A stretch of 64,000 nucleotides of DNA from sequence record PQ741806.1; one strand, written 5' to 3'. The notes below the pieces were generated by a model that had not been told where the DNA came from, searched no databases, and worked only from the letters and a program-made list of their open reading frames with translations. This document shows, piece by piece, positions 9,215 to 19,169 of this stretch (the stretch's first letter is position 1; every line of letters begins with the position of its first letter). Made by a program: the position numbers and the translations under genes.

Positions 9215-10327
9215 CTATTTGATGATAACCGCTTTAGAAAGAGTTTCCATACTTCCAATAACTAATTTGGATTTCTCTTCTTCAGGGTTCTCCATTGCTT
9301 CACGCAGGAGTTCACCAATAGTTTTGGGTTGAACATCATCACTGATTTCACGCGAGCATGCCGAGTCGTCGTACATATCAAACACATTCAGATCATCATC
9401 ATCCAGGGGCGTGCTGTCATTCCATGAATAGCTTGATTCATCCGAGGTATCATCAGACTCACCATACTGTTCACTGAGGTCACGGTCCAGTTCAGCCTCA
9501 TACATCTCGCTAATTGCTTTATCGTCTTCTTCTTGCGCCTTACGACGAGAAGTCTTGTAGAACGGAAGCAGGCGTTGCAGGACTTTATGGAACTTCTTCT
9601 TGCTGATCAACCAGCTAACAGAGTAGCGAGACAGCTTTACTTCAGCTGCTTTGATAGTCGGATCGGAGTACAGCGCCATGACTAGCTTGTCCAGTTTGTG
9701 CAGATGATCTTTAAACGAGTTTGCATAAGCAGGATGTTCCCGAAGAGTGAACATCACAAACGAACGCATGTCAGTGATATAGTACTGACTGTGATGTTTG
9801 TTGATTTCGATGTATACCGGATCTACTGCGCGGTTATAATCGAATTCCTCTGCCCAGGTAAGGCTACGTACTTTAGTAGGACGAGGACCTTCTGCCCAAC
9901 GAACAGTCGGATGTTTCTCACGGATGTTCCAACCATGATTGCGATCATACTCGGTTGACTCTTCTTTGAACCAGGTGAAATTACCTTCACCGCGCGATAC
10001 AATACCACGGCACCAACTGACGTTGATTGCCTTGTTACGGCTTTCAGTAAGATCACAGGGCATGTCCAGAATAGCGACATAACTGTTATGACCATTGGCC
10101 ACAACGCCGAGAACAGTAGCTTCGAATGTCTCGTAGCGCTGTCCAGGATACACACGTTCATTCTCATCCAGGTAACGAAGGGAGCAGGATTCGAAGATAG
10201 CACGAGTACCGGCAGGGAAATGGGCACGACCGAAAGGTTGTTCGGCCTTTCTTTCTTTACGACGGCTGATAACCCATTCCAGTTTTTCTTTGGTCAGACG
10301 GGTTACGGGTTCACGATACTGTTTCAT
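9215..10327 (-). CDS. Hypothetical protein with acidic C-terminal tail
   Basis: 370-aa ORF; Asp/Ser-rich low-complexity C-terminus. Confidence 0.85.
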   Translation of the reverse strand: MKQYREPVTRLTKEKLEWVISRRKERKAEQPFGRAHFPAGTRAIFESCSLRYLDENERVYPGQRYETFEATVLGVVANGHNSYVAILDMPCDLTESRNKAINVSWCRGIVSRGEGNFTWFKEESTEYDRNHGWNIREKHPTVRWAEGPRPTKVRSLTWAEEFDYNRAVDPVYIEINKHHSQYYITDMRSFVMFTLREHPAYANSFKDHLHKLDKLVMALYSDPTIKAAEVKLSRYSVSWLISKKKFHKVLQRLLPFYKTSRRKAQEEDDKAISEMYEAELDRDLSEQYGESDDTSDESSYSWNDSTPLDDDDLNVFDMYDDSACSREISDDVQPKTIGELLREAMENPEEEKSKLVIGSMETLSKAVIIK

Positions 10328-10421
10328 GGTAATTTCCTTTTTACGATTGATTGGGTTGAGTACATCTCAATGCATCCTTTTCAAGACGCATTGAGATGGG
10401 GTCTCCGAAGAGACCCATCTA

Positions 10422-11024
10422 TTATTCTTGGGTCAGTTCCCCAAGACGACCTTCGGCTTTCATGCGACGGATTTCCGAGATGGATTTACCGTACATTTTG
10501 GCCAGTTCTTTCACAGTACCTTCAGGCACAGGTTTGTTCATGTCGCGGAAGTTCTGCTTAGCGATATTGTAACGCTGATGTTGAAGAGTCTTCAGTTCCG
10601 AACGTACCAGAGCGTTACCGGCACATTGGGAGATGAATGTAACCATGAAGGTCTTCAGCTTGCCACGGTAGACGTTGACCCAAGCACAGGACTCATCCAC
10701 GTGGATGTTCTTGTACTCGGAAACCTTGGCGTATTCCAGCAGGCCGACGGCATCGGGACCGTTGTCCTGATAAACCATCTTGTTGAACAGGCCCAGGGCG
10801 ATATCGGAGGAACGCTCACCTTTTATGAAGGCGATGGCGTCTTCGATGATCTTGGTTTCCAGGTCTTTGTACTTGACCGGGTCGTTCTTGATCAACAGTA
10901 GCATGGCGTCGACCTTGACAGTCAAACCCATGTCGGCACCGCGTCGATCGATCAACTCGTTGTGCTGTTTCTGCGTGAACACGGGATCTATGTTCTTGAA
11001 AGCTTTCAGGAGACGCTGTTCCAT
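10422..11024 (-). CDS. Hypothetical protein
   Basis: 200-aa ORF, GC-richer codon usage. Confidence 0.85.
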   Translation of the reverse strand: MEQRLLKAFKNIDPVFTQKQHNELIDRRGADMGLTVKVDAMLLLIKNDPVKYKDLETKIIEDAIAFIKGERSSDIALGLFNKMVYQDNGPDAVGLLEYAKVSEYKNIHVDESCAWVNVYRGKLKTFMVTFISQCAGNALVRSELKTLQHQRYNIAKQNFRDMNKPVPEGTVKELAKMYGKSISEIRRMKAEGRLGELTQE

Positions 11025-11201
11025 TTACTTGTCCTCTTTGACGTTGAATGCATACATGGTACATTTCGGCTTAGCCGGGTGTTGGCACCACTCTTTAGAT
11101 ACCTTGCCCTCAGGTTTAGTGAGATCGTAATAGAACTCACCACCTGCGGCAGCGATACCCATCAGTACTACAATGAATCCCATTCCGATCTTTACTTTCA
11201 T
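11025..11201 (-). CDS. Small secreted/membrane protein (58 aa, not in ORF track)
   Basis: MKVKIGMGFIVVLMGIAAAGG... with two Cys; abuts both neighbours. Confidence 0.7.
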   Translation of the reverse strand: MKVKIGMGFIVVLMGIAAAGGEFYYDLTKPEGKVSKEWCQHPAKPKCTMYAFNVKEDK

Positions 11202-11590
11202 TTGGCAATGATCCGTTGTACGAAGTGTTGAAGGTTGGCTACCAGGCGTTCGAATTCTTCTTCGGTTACCTGGTCACGATGCGATTCCAGAAGTACTTCT
11301 ACTTCCGGCAGGACGTTCATGGCGATATCCAACTGGATACGGCTGATGAACTCTTCCGTTGTGATATTTCGATCACGACGAATACGACTTACCAGCTTGC
11401 GATGTTGTTCGCTGTTGCGGTAGGTGGAGATCTTATCGATAAGAATATCAGAGATACTGCTTTCGATCTGTTCGGCTACAGCCTGACCGTCTTCCTTTAC
11501 GGTAGCTTTGACCGCGAGGATGGCAGCAACGGCTGTTGCGCCAACTGCCAGTGCAATAAGACCAAGTGCGTTTTCTTTGATGAAGTTCAT
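11198..11590 (-). CDS. N-terminally anchored membrane protein
   Basis: Hydrophobic residues 9-27. Confidence 0.8.
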   Translation of the reverse strand: MNFIKENALGLIALAVGATAVAAILAVKATVKEDGQAVAEQIESSISDILIDKISTYRNSEQHRKLVSRIRRDRNITTEEFISRIQLDIAMNVLPEVEVLLESHRDQVTEEEFERLVANLQHFVQRIIAK

Positions 11591-11595
11591 ATTGA

Positions 11596-11937
11596 TTATC
11601 CTTTCAAAGTTGCATCATCATTGAAGATATCAGGACCCACCGAGAGACTTCCCAGAAGATCCGGAGCAATGTAAACAGAGTTGAGGGTTTCGTATACACC
11701 GGTAACAGCATCTACGTTAACCAGGCTAGAACTGCGCATGGGTACCCATTCACCGTTACGGAAGGCTTCACCGACCAGTACACGAACATCATCTACGTCA
11801 GTGCGGTTCGGCCATAGATCCTTACCTTCTACTATTTTTACATTACGAGCATGGTAGACCAGTTTACCATTCATGCGAGCAACGATATTCGGACGGCACA
11901 TGTTGTCGATTACTTTAACTGCTACGGACTTTTCCAT
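11596..11937 (-). CDS. Hypothetical protein
   Basis: 113-aa ORF. Confidence 0.8.
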   Translation of the reverse strand: MEKSVAVKVIDNMCRPNIVARMNGKLVYHARNVKIVEGKDLWPNRTDVDDVRVLVGEAFRNGEWVPMRSSSLVNVDAVTGVYETLNSVYIAPDLLGSLSVGPDIFNDDATLKG

Positions 11938-11947
11938 TTTTATTTCT

Positions 11948-12097
11948 CTATTTAGTTACGAGCATTTCTTGACCATTGGGACCGATACGATGACCGAGGA
12001 TAACAGTTTCATTAGAAATAGTTTGCTCTTCAAACTTAGCGTTTACAAACAGTCCACCAAAAGTCAAACCAATAACCACTAGTGCGAATGCTTTCAT
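11948..12097 (-). CDS. Small membrane/secreted protein (49 aa, not in ORF track)
   Basis: MKAFALVVIGLTFGGLFVNAK...; first ORF after early promoter 12144. Confidence 0.7.
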   Translation of the reverse strand: MKAFALVVIGLTFGGLFVNAKFEEQTISNETVILGHRIGPNGQEMLVTK

Positions 12098-12107
12098 TTT
12101 TAAAGTC

Positions 12108-12160
12108 CCTTTTTACATTAATTGAAGGTTAAATATCAAGTTAGTAATATACTGTTTAAA
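12108..12160 (-). repeat. 53-bp early promoter/leader/RBS duplication, copy 1
   Basis: Identical to 13959..14011. Confidence 0.95.
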
Positions 12161-12172
12161 TATGTTTGAATA
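12144..12172 (-). promoter_or_regulatory. phiKZ-type early promoter
   Basis: Minus strand TATTCAAACATATTTAAACAGTATATTAC. Confidence 0.85.
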
Positions 12173-12187
12173 AGGGAGTAGTAGTTA

Positions 12188-12448
12188 TTACATATCGTGC
12201 AGGTAGGTCTCATCAATGATGGCACGGGCTAGCTCAATGAGACTATCTTCATCAACAACAATGTTACCATCTTTCCAGGTAGCGCTATGGGATAACCAGT
12301 TACGGTAATCCTTACCTCGTACAGGATTGATGCATACCTGACGAGTAGCTGCATCACGGTCACCACGGAAACCCATGATAGCACGTGCACGACGGATTGC
12401 TTCTTTCTCCAAGTCTTCGTCAGATTTAAAAGTCAGGAAAGTTGTCAT
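12188..12448 (-). CDS. Hypothetical early protein
   Basis: 86-aa ORF behind promoter 12494. Confidence 0.8.
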   Translation of the reverse strand: MTTFLTFKSDEDLEKEAIRRARAIMGFRGDRDAATRQVCINPVRGKDYRNWLSHSATWKDGNIVVDEDSLIELARAIIDETYLHDM

Positions 12449-12493
12449 AGTTTGATTCCTTTTTACTGATTTAATAGGTTTAATTACACTGTT

Positions 12494-12521
12494 GTGATAT
12501 ACTGGTTAAAATGGTTTGAAT
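12494..12521 (-). promoter_or_regulatory. Early promoter variant
   Basis: ATTCAAACCATTTTAACCAGTATATCAC. Confidence 0.75.
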
Positions 12522-12529
12522 GTATTATT

Positions 12530-12862
12530 TCATTTCCACAGACGACAATAGTCATCTACATGTCGAGTGATTTCTGCAACAGCCCTGAGTCGCCGCCGGC
12601 CAGTTAATTTAGAGCAGTGTTTATTAACTAATGTATCAACAGTTTTACGTAACCTAACACAGCGTTCTTCATTAGGTATATCTTGTTCGATAAACAGGCT
12701 AGTTAATTTATGGATTTCCATATGGATTTTCTTACATACATCGTTAGCCGATTTTTCTTCATTTAATTTGTTGTATGATTCGACTAACTTAACAATAGTT
12801 GTAGCAACAGTAGTTGCGGCAACAAAAATTTGAATACCATTGATAAAATTTTTATTAAACAT
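12530..12862 (-). CDS. N-terminally anchored protein
   Basis: 110-aa ORF, hydrophobic N-terminal helix. Confidence 0.75.
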   Translation of the reverse strand: MFNKNFINGIQIFVAATTVATTIVKLVESYNKLNEEKSANDVCKKIHMEIHKLTSLFIEQDIPNEERCVRLRKTVDTLVNKHCSKLTGRRRLRAVAEITRHVDDYCRLWK

Positions 12863-12913
12863 TTTTAAACTCCAACTAATGTATTAAAAAAATATGTCTA
12901 TATTGAAAATAAA

Positions 12914-12933
12914 GCCCTCCCCGAAGGGAGGGT
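12914..12933 (-). terminator. Intrinsic terminator
   Basis: GCCCTCCC-cgaa-GGGAGGGT. Confidence 0.85.
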
Positions 12934-12963
12934 GTATGTCGCCAATAAGTGTTACTAATTTAT

Positions 12964-13176
12964 TTAGTTAGTTTGACCATACGTTCTTTCAAAGTTGTTT
13001 ACATCATAACCTGAGTGGTGTGTTGCAGAACCACCTGAAGTAGTATCTATAATCTTAACTACCACTTCATCATTTTCAATGTAAACCGACAGTTTATCTC
13101 GCATAAAATCCACGTGGTCATTTCGAGAACGTAGATATTTCATTACAGCTTCGCCACTGATTTTACTGTTAGCCAT
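12964..13176 (-). CDS. Hypothetical protein
   Basis: 70-aa ORF. Confidence 0.75.
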   Translation of the reverse strand: MANSKISGEAVMKYLRSRNDHVDFMRDKLSVYIENDEVVVKIIDTTSGGSATHHSGYDVNNFERTYGQTN

Positions 13177-13178
13177 TA

Positions 13179-13415
13179 TTATTTCCTCGATTGATTCCAG
13201 TTAAAATTATCTTTTGCATTTTTAGTGAAGAACCCGTTACCCCAACCAAATGAGTATCTAAAGTCCTTGATTACACCAACATCCGAATCGATAACCTTAT
13301 ATTCAATGACTTTATCACTATTCTCCAGAATGACTAAGATCGCGATAAGATCTTTAGGATCACCTACAGTCAATTCATGTCTTTCAGACTCGTCTCTGTG
13401 GATAACGATGTACAT
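13179..13415 (-). CDS. Hypothetical protein
   Basis: 78-aa ORF. Confidence 0.75.
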   Translation of the reverse strand: MYIVIHRDESERHELTVGDPKDLIAILVILENSDKVIEYKVIDSDVGVIKDFRYSFGWGNGFFTKNAKDNFNWNQSRK

Positions 13416-13432
13416 GGTACTTTATCCTCTAA

Positions 13433-13948
13433 TTATACCCATTTAGTTACTGGGAGTTCGAAGGTTTCACACAAGTCGAGTACTTTACGATGTTCCAAGT
13501 TATTTTCTGGATAGAAGGTAATGGGTGTAGTCGGACTACCCCAATTAACACGACATCCAGTTTCTTTATGGATTTCGCCAAGTACAGTATATGCACCTGC
13601 CCCATCTGCATAACCCATTTGATTAGGGTTAACGCAGATTTGAGTAAAACGCTCCGTCAATACTCGATTAATAGTGATGGTCAAGAGACGAACGAACTCA
13701 CGAGTCTTCTCGATGTCGTCTACCCAGAATTCCAGAAGGATCCATTTCCCATGAGGGTTATCATGCCCACCTTGGAAGAATACACAGAAACCTTCTTTTG
13801 CCTTATAAAACTCGTGATTGGTAATGTTACATTCAACCATTTGTTTCACTGCATGCCATACACGCTCGGTGACATAATCACCATAAAGTTCGATGCAGTG
13901 ACCACGGCCAGGGAATTGTTCTTTTTTAGAAAATTTAATTTCGAACAT
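13433..13948 (-). CDS. Hypothetical early protein
   Basis: 171-aa ORF behind promoter 13995. Confidence 0.85.
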   Translation of the reverse strand: MFEIKFSKKEQFPGRGHCIELYGDYVTERVWHAVKQMVECNITNHEFYKAKEGFCVFFQGGHDNPHGKWILLEFWVDDIEKTREFVRLLTITINRVLTERFTQICVNPNQMGYADGAGAYTVLGEIHKETGCRVNWGSPTTPITFYPENNLEHRKVLDLCETFELPVTKWV

Positions 13949-13958
13949 GGTATAGATT

Positions 13959-14011
13959 CCTTTTTACATTAATTGAAGGTTAAATATCAAGTTAGTAATA
14001 TACTGTTTAAA
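13959..14011 (-). repeat. 53-bp early promoter/leader/RBS duplication, copy 2
   Basis: Identical to 12108..12160. Confidence 0.95.
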
Positions 14012-14022
14012 ATGGTTTGAAT
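13995..14022 (-). promoter_or_regulatory. phiKZ-type early promoter
   Basis: ATTCAAACCATTTTAAACAGTATATTAC. Confidence 0.85.
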
Positions 14023-14042
14023 GTATTATCGGTAGGGGAGGG

Positions 14043-14447
14043 TTACCCTTTTAACTTTTTAATACTGTTGGATAAGTACATGACACTACGGAAAATTTTG
14101 AATCTTGAAAAGTATTCACGTACTTCTTCTTTAGTCAATACAAGTCTTCCATCTTTATTTACATTATCACCAAAGACAATTTCCTGAGTATTTTTCCATA
14201 AAGATCTATAAAGATAACATCCGTGTGGTGCATCATACCAATCATAGATCTTAAGTTCAAATTCAACTTTGTCGACAATATCGTTATCAAATAAAATAAT
14301 ATTTCCTTTACTATTTAATTCCATTAACTCATTTGCACAACTTATTGCAAACTCAACCGCTGCCCAGGTCCTACTACCACTGAACATATCTTTATTTAAT
14401 TTACTTAGATCGATAGCATTATAAGTTGTTTTCTTAGGTTTCTTCAT
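14043..14447 (-). CDS. Hypothetical early protein
   Basis: 134-aa ORF behind promoter 14500. Confidence 0.8.
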   Translation of the reverse strand: MKKPKKTTYNAIDLSKLNKDMFSGSRTWAAVEFAISCANELMELNSKGNIILFDNDIVDKVEFELKIYDWYDAPHGCYLYRSLWKNTQEIVFGDNVNKDGRLVLTKEEVREYFSRFKIFRSVMYLSNSIKKLKG

Positions 14448-14499
14448 GGACTGTACTCTCCAATAATAAATAGAATAATCTATATTTAATTACACTTTT

Positions 14500-14527
14500 G
14501 TAATATACCCTTTAAATAGGTTTGAAT
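14500..14527 (-). promoter_or_regulatory. phiKZ-type early promoter
   Basis: TATTCAAACCTATTTAAAGGGTATATTAC. Confidence 0.8.
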
Positions 14528-14538
14528 ACATGACATAA

Positions 14539-14560
14539 AGCCTTCCCATTAGGGAAGGCT
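14539..14560 (-). terminator. Intrinsic terminator after DHFR
   Basis: AGCCTTCCC-atta-GGGAAGGCT. Confidence 0.85.
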
Positions 14561-14564
14561 ATTA

Positions 14565-15086
14565 TTATGTTTTAATCCAACGTGTATATTTACACAAATC
14601 TGTTTCTTTAATAATGGTTGATTTCCATTTATCCCATTTAATGATTTCTTTAGGGAAATAAACACAACTACTATTATCGATTTCCATCTTGACAGTAGTA
14701 ATGTACATTTCGTCTAAAATATCCTTTTTAATGGCTTCTTTATAAAGTTGAGAACCACCAATGGCCCATACATCCTTTTTAGTTTCTTTACTAAAATGAT
14801 CAGCATATACAAGAGCCGCATCTAGATTAGGGAGTACACCTAATTTATTATCACAGGATACTGGGTAATTACCGTTACGATATAAACTTGATGATACAAC
14901 AATGTTATTACGATTAGGTAACGGTTTACTACCTAAGGATAAGAAAGTATTTTTACCCATGATAACACAGCAACCAGTTGTCATTTCTTTAAAGAAAGCT
15001 AAATCCTCAGGTATATGCCAAGGTAATAGATTATTATATCCAATGACACCATTTAGGTCATGGGCAACGATTAATTTAATAGCCAT
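14565..15086 (-). CDS. folA: Dihydrofolate reductase
   Basis: IVAHDLNGVIG, LPWHIPEDLAFFKEMT, VIMGKNT, PLPNRNNIVVS, IGGSQLY. Confidence 0.96.
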   Translation of the reverse strand: MAIKLIVAHDLNGVIGYNNLLPWHIPEDLAFFKEMTTGCCVIMGKNTFLSLGSKPLPNRNNIVVSSSLYRNGNYPVSCDNKLGVLPNLDAALVYADHFSKETKKDVWAIGGSQLYKEAIKKDILDEMYITTVKMEIDNSSCVYFPKEIIKWDKWKSTIIKETDLCKYTRWIKT

Positions 15087-15592
15087 CAATTTTCCTTAGG
15101 CCAGAATTTACAAGATACTTCATTATCTTTAAATTCAATAGCCCAACTACAGCAAGTGAAATTAGTTTTAAACTTAAATGTAGACGCTAATAGGTAATTA
15201 ATTTGAGCCATTTGTAATAGCGTTAATTCACCATATACTTTCTCATCAATTAATACACCAGGTCTTTTATGTTTAATAACTAATTCATTCAACTTAATAT
15301 CTTGTTCAATATAGAGGTATTCCACTTCGCCTTTTTCTAGTATGGGCATGTCCCAAAGAATCAGACTAATCTGCTGTGTGAATTCCTCAATATTAGTTGT
15401 AATATCTAGTCCTTCATAACCTATCAATAGATTTATAAGTACTTGTAGGCTAATCAGATTAACAGGTAAGTCTTTTAAATCGTCTTCTTTAATAGTTGTT
15501 CTAAAATAAACAGTGCCATCTAAGTTTTTAACTAATAATCTATTTAATAGATGATTGACTTCTGATTTAATCTGATAATCCAGTTTGATCAT
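15086..15592 (-). CDS. Hypothetical protein
   Basis: 168-aa ORF, TGATG-coupled to DHFR. Confidence 0.8.
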   Translation of the reverse strand: MIKLDYQIKSEVNHLLNRLLVKNLDGTVYFRTTIKEDDLKDLPVNLISLQVLINLLIGYEGLDITTNIEEFTQQISLILWDMPILEKGEVEYLYIEQDIKLNELVIKHKRPGVLIDEKVYGELTLLQMAQINYLLASTFKFKTNFTCCSWAIEFKDNEVSCKFWPKEN

Positions 15593-16151
15593 TAGCTAAC
15601 TCCTTGAGTCTAGTCATGCCATTACTAACTTCAATAATGTAACTAAAGTCAAAACTATATTTCATCATTTTGAATTCTTCTTTAAAGTTAGCGATATTTC
15701 CAGACAGAGCAATTTGTTCAAATCGACTAAAATCAGTAATAGTTTCATCGAACATTAGTTCTCTTGCGGTAATATCTGGATCATAGTTAGGATGATCAAT
15801 TACAGTACCTTCGTGATTTAAAGTACCTTGAAAATTCAAAGTCTTTTTAACATGGTCTACAGTTATTTTCCAACTAGTTGCAATATACCGAGCTTTAACT
15901 AAATTAGGAGCATACCTGTAAATACACCATTGTAATGGAGTGCCAACAGTTTGCGTATCATGCGTGGCTTTTATAACTTTAATAAAATTCTCAAGTTGAT
16001 CAAATGTAACATTCCTAGTTACACCATCATTAGTGGTTATATTAAGAGATGGTCGAAGACCAGTACCAAGATCATTGGTGATGATTATATCCTCAACTAA
16101 AGCTTCATATAACTTTAGTCCTTCTTTTCTGGATCCAACATCATTACCCAT
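15567..16151 (-). CDS. Hypothetical protein
   Basis: 194-aa ORF. Confidence 0.8.
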   Translation of the reverse strand: MGNDVGSRKEGLKLYEALVEDIIITNDLGTGLRPSLNITTNDGVTRNVTFDQLENFIKVIKATHDTQTVGTPLQWCIYRYAPNLVKARYIATSWKITVDHVKKTLNFQGTLNHEGTVIDHPNYDPDITARELMFDETITDFSRFEQIALSGNIANFKEEFKMMKYSFDFSYIIEVSNGMTRLKELANDQTGLSD

Positions 16152-16504
16152 TGTTTAGCTTCCTCTTTTGTTACCAGTTGATAAAGTTTATTAAATTCAC
16201 GTTGACGCATTAATTTGTAATCTAGTATACGCCCATTATTTTTACGAATTAAAATAATAAAATCACCCGGACAGACAATTTTATCTTTATCTGAACCCAC
16301 ACGTAAAATACCATGACTAGATTCAGTTAGATTACATAATGGACAAATCGTATTACTAAGAGTAGACTCTTTAGTAGGTATGACATAACCAACAATAGCA
16401 CCTTGATTGATATTGTTGATAACGCCATCACCAGGTATATCACCGTTCTTTTTCCATTCGATTGCTTCAATTGGATCGGTGTATCTCGGTAGATAAAAAG
16501 ACAT
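16115..16504 (-). CDS. Conserved phage protein (IEAIEW...CPGDFII type)
   Basis: Motifs resemble the widespread phage family with EAxxW and CPGDxII. Confidence 0.7.
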   Translation of the reverse strand: MSFYLPRYTDPIEAIEWKKNGDIPGDGVINNINQGAIVGYVIPTKESTLSNTICPLCNLTESSHGILRVGSDKDKIVCPGDFIILIRKNNGRILDYKLMRQREFNKLYQLVTKEEAKQWVMMLDPEKKD

Positions 16505-16848
16505 TCTTAATTAACTCCGATAAATAATAGTAGTATAGTAAAAAGCACTTAGGTATATTTCTATTTTAAGCTATATTGCGGATAAAATAAAACCTAAGGG
16601 TACATAGCGGGTTATTGTTTAAAGCTCTTAAATAGCGTGGTAGAACGATATTGGACTATATGGCTGTAACCCTTAAGACACTAAGGCTACAAGGATTTTT
16701 AAGATAAAGATATCCAATGTACCATAGTATGCTTTTACAATAGATCAACTAAATTCATTTAAAATGGGTCGTAAAAATACTAAGTTGATCTAAAGATATG
16801 TTGAATACTTTTTCACATGAACTTACGACTCACAATTGGAAATTAACA

Positions 16849-19137
16849 ATGTTAAAAACTATCATTAAACTAGACGGTACTGAAGAAGCATACTCACCTG
16901 CTAAGATCAATGGTTGGGGTGAATGGGCAGCCCAACATCTTGGTGATAAGGTAGATTGGAGCAGTGTTGTAATGGATGCTGTTCAAGCTCTTGGCGATAA
17001 AACTTCATCACAAGAACTACAATTACAACTTATTGAAGAATGTCTAAATCGCAAGACCTGGTCATATTACCTGATGGCGGGCCGACTGTATGCTATTTAT
17101 CTTCGCAAAAAGTTTTATGGTCTAAATGGTATCCCAACTGTTAAAGCGCTTCAAACTAGAATGCGCAAAGATGGTATCATTGTTAAACTAGATTATAGTA
17201 GTAAAGAATATGCACAAATTGAAAAGATCATTGATCACGACCTTGACCTACTTTGTCCACATTTCTCACTTCACCATATTCGTGGAAAGTATGCTCTACG
17301 TAATCGTAAAACTGGTCAAGAATATGAAACTGCACAATTTGTGTACATGCGTATGGCAATGGCATTAGCTGAGAAAGAACCAGTTGAAACCCGCATGACT
17401 CATGTTGAGAATTTCTATAAACTATTATCTAATAAGATTCTTAGCGCTCCAACACCTAATTATGTTAACCTAGGTACTAAGCTTCGTGGATTCGCATCAT
17501 GCTGCCTGTTTGCTTCTGGTGATAATGGTGTATCACTTGCAATGGGTGATTATATTGCCAACATCATGACGCAGTCATCGGCAGGTATTGGTGTTAACCT
17601 AATGACTCGGTCTATTGGTGATCCTATTCGTAATGGTCTAATCATCCACCAAGGTAAGAAACCATACATCGATGTAATGGGTAAAGCAGTACGGGCTAAC
17701 CTACAGAATGGTCGAGGCGGTGCTGTTACATGTTACTATAGTGCTTTCGACCCTGAAGCAGATATGATTACTCAGTTACGTAATCCACGTTCTACTGAGG
17801 ATAGGAAGAACCGCGATCTTCACTATGCATTCCTAAGTAATAAGTTCTTTGCTAAGAAAGCGGCTCAGAAAGATGGCATGATCTTTGTATTCAATCCATT
17901 TACTGCTCCAGATCTACATGATGCTTTCTATAGTGGTGATATTGATAAGTTTATTAAGCTTTATGAAAAATATGAAGCAGATCCTAAATTTGAGAAAACC
18001 TATGTAAATGCTCGGGATCTTCTCAAATCAATGCTAGTTGAAGCATATGAGACTGGAACCATCTATTCAGCTCAAATTGATGAGATCAATCACCATACCC
18101 CATTTAAAGAACCTATTTACAGTTCTAACCTCTGCCTTGAAATCGCAGAACCCACTAAGCCTTACTATCGAATGGAAGATCTTTATTCTAGTGAGGACCA
18201 CGGTCGAGGTGAGATTGCTACTTGTTCACTGGCCGCTATCGCAGTGGATAATGTTCCTGATAAGCAAACTTATGAAATGGCAGCTTACTACGCGCTTAAG
18301 ATGATTGACTATTGTATCCTTAATGCAAAATATGCCTTTCCACACCTTGCACTAACTGCTAAGAATCGAATGAGTGCTGGTGTTGGTATCATGGGTCTAG
18401 CCACGCATATGGCACGTGCTGGCCTTAAATATAGTAGTGATGCTGGTAAAGCTGAAATCCACTTCATTGCTGAACGGCATATGTACTTCCTTATTAAGGC
18501 GTCACTTAAGATTGCTAAAGAACGTGGTAATGCGCCTTGGATTCATAAGACTAAATGGCCAGAGGGATGGACTCCACGTAAGACTTATAATAAGTCAGTG
18601 GACACTATCATTGAAGGTGGTTTTGAAGAACTTTATCCATGGGATGAGCTAGAGAAAGAGATTAAGGAGAATGGTGGTATTGCACACTCCGTACTAGCTG
18701 CATACATGCCGGGTGAGGCGTCATCTAAAGCACTAGGATCAACTAATGGTCCATATCCGGTACGTCGTCTAATTCTTAATAAGACTGATAATGGCGCACG
18801 TGTACTATGGGCTGCTCCATATGGAGATGATGATTCTTATGTGTATGAATCAGCTTATGATATCCCCACTAAAGATCTTATTGATTGCTATGCCATTATT
18901 CAAAAGTGGACTGATCAAACAATCAGTGCGGACCTCTATCGACGCATTGTAGGTTCTGAAAAGATCTCTTCTAATGAAATGCTAAGTAATCACTTCTACA
19001 TGGTGAAACGTGGAATGAAAACCCGGTATTATGTAAATCTAGAAACAGCAGCAGGACTTGATATTAAATCACTCGAACGTGCTGTTGAGGTAACTAATGC
19101 CGAAGTTGGGTGTGCAGGCGGTTCGTGCACTCTTTAA
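16849..19137 (+). CDS. nrdA: Ribonucleotide reductase class Ia alpha subunit
   Basis: SAPTP, FASCC, SNLCLEI catalytic loop, MPGEASS, KTRYY, C-terminal CAGGSC; start re-set from 16798 to ATG 16849. Confidence 0.95.
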   Translation: MLKTIIKLDGTEEAYSPAKINGWGEWAAQHLGDKVDWSSVVMDAVQALGDKTSSQELQLQLIEECLNRKTWSYYLMAGRLYAIYLRKKFYGLNGIPTVKALQTRMRKDGIIVKLDYSSKEYAQIEKIIDHDLDLLCPHFSLHHIRGKYALRNRKTGQEYETAQFVYMRMAMALAEKEPVETRMTHVENFYKLLSNKILSAPTPNYVNLGTKLRGFASCCLFASGDNGVSLAMGDYIANIMTQSSAGIGVNLMTRSIGDPIRNGLIIHQGKKPYIDVMGKAVRANLQNGRGGAVTCYYSAFDPEADMITQLRNPRSTEDRKNRDLHYAFLSNKFFAKKAAQKDGMIFVFNPFTAPDLHDAFYSGDIDKFIKLYEKYEADPKFEKTYVNARDLLKSMLVEAYETGTIYSAQIDEINHHTPFKEPIYSSNLCLEIAEPTKPYYRMEDLYSSEDHGRGEIATCSLAAIAVDNVPDKQTYEMAAYYALKMIDYCILNAKYAFPHLALTAKNRMSAGVGIMGLATHMARAGLKYSSDAGKAEIHFIAERHMYFLIKASLKIAKERGNAPWIHKTKWPEGWTPRKTYNKSVDTIIEGGFEELYPWDELEKEIKENGGIAHSVLAAYMPGEASSKALGSTNGPYPVRRLILNKTDNGARVLWAAPYGDDDSYVYESAYDIPTKDLIDCYAIIQKWTDQTISADLYRRIVGSEKISSNEMLSNHFYMVKRGMKTRYYVNLETAAGLDIKSLERAVEVTNAEVGCAGGSCTL

Positions 19138-19143
19138 GTGTAT

Positions 19144-19169
19144 ACACCCTCCCTTAATTGGGAGGGTGT
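19144..19169 (+). terminator. Intrinsic terminator
   Basis: ACACCCTCCC-ttaatt-GGGAGGGTGT. Confidence 0.85.

Noticed and set aside
7671-11674. Long plus-strand ORFs opposite minus-strand genes (for example 10088..10561, 10428..10901, 11216..11674)
   Set aside because: Antisense shadows expected from GC-richer codon bias; no RBS, promoter or recognisable motifs
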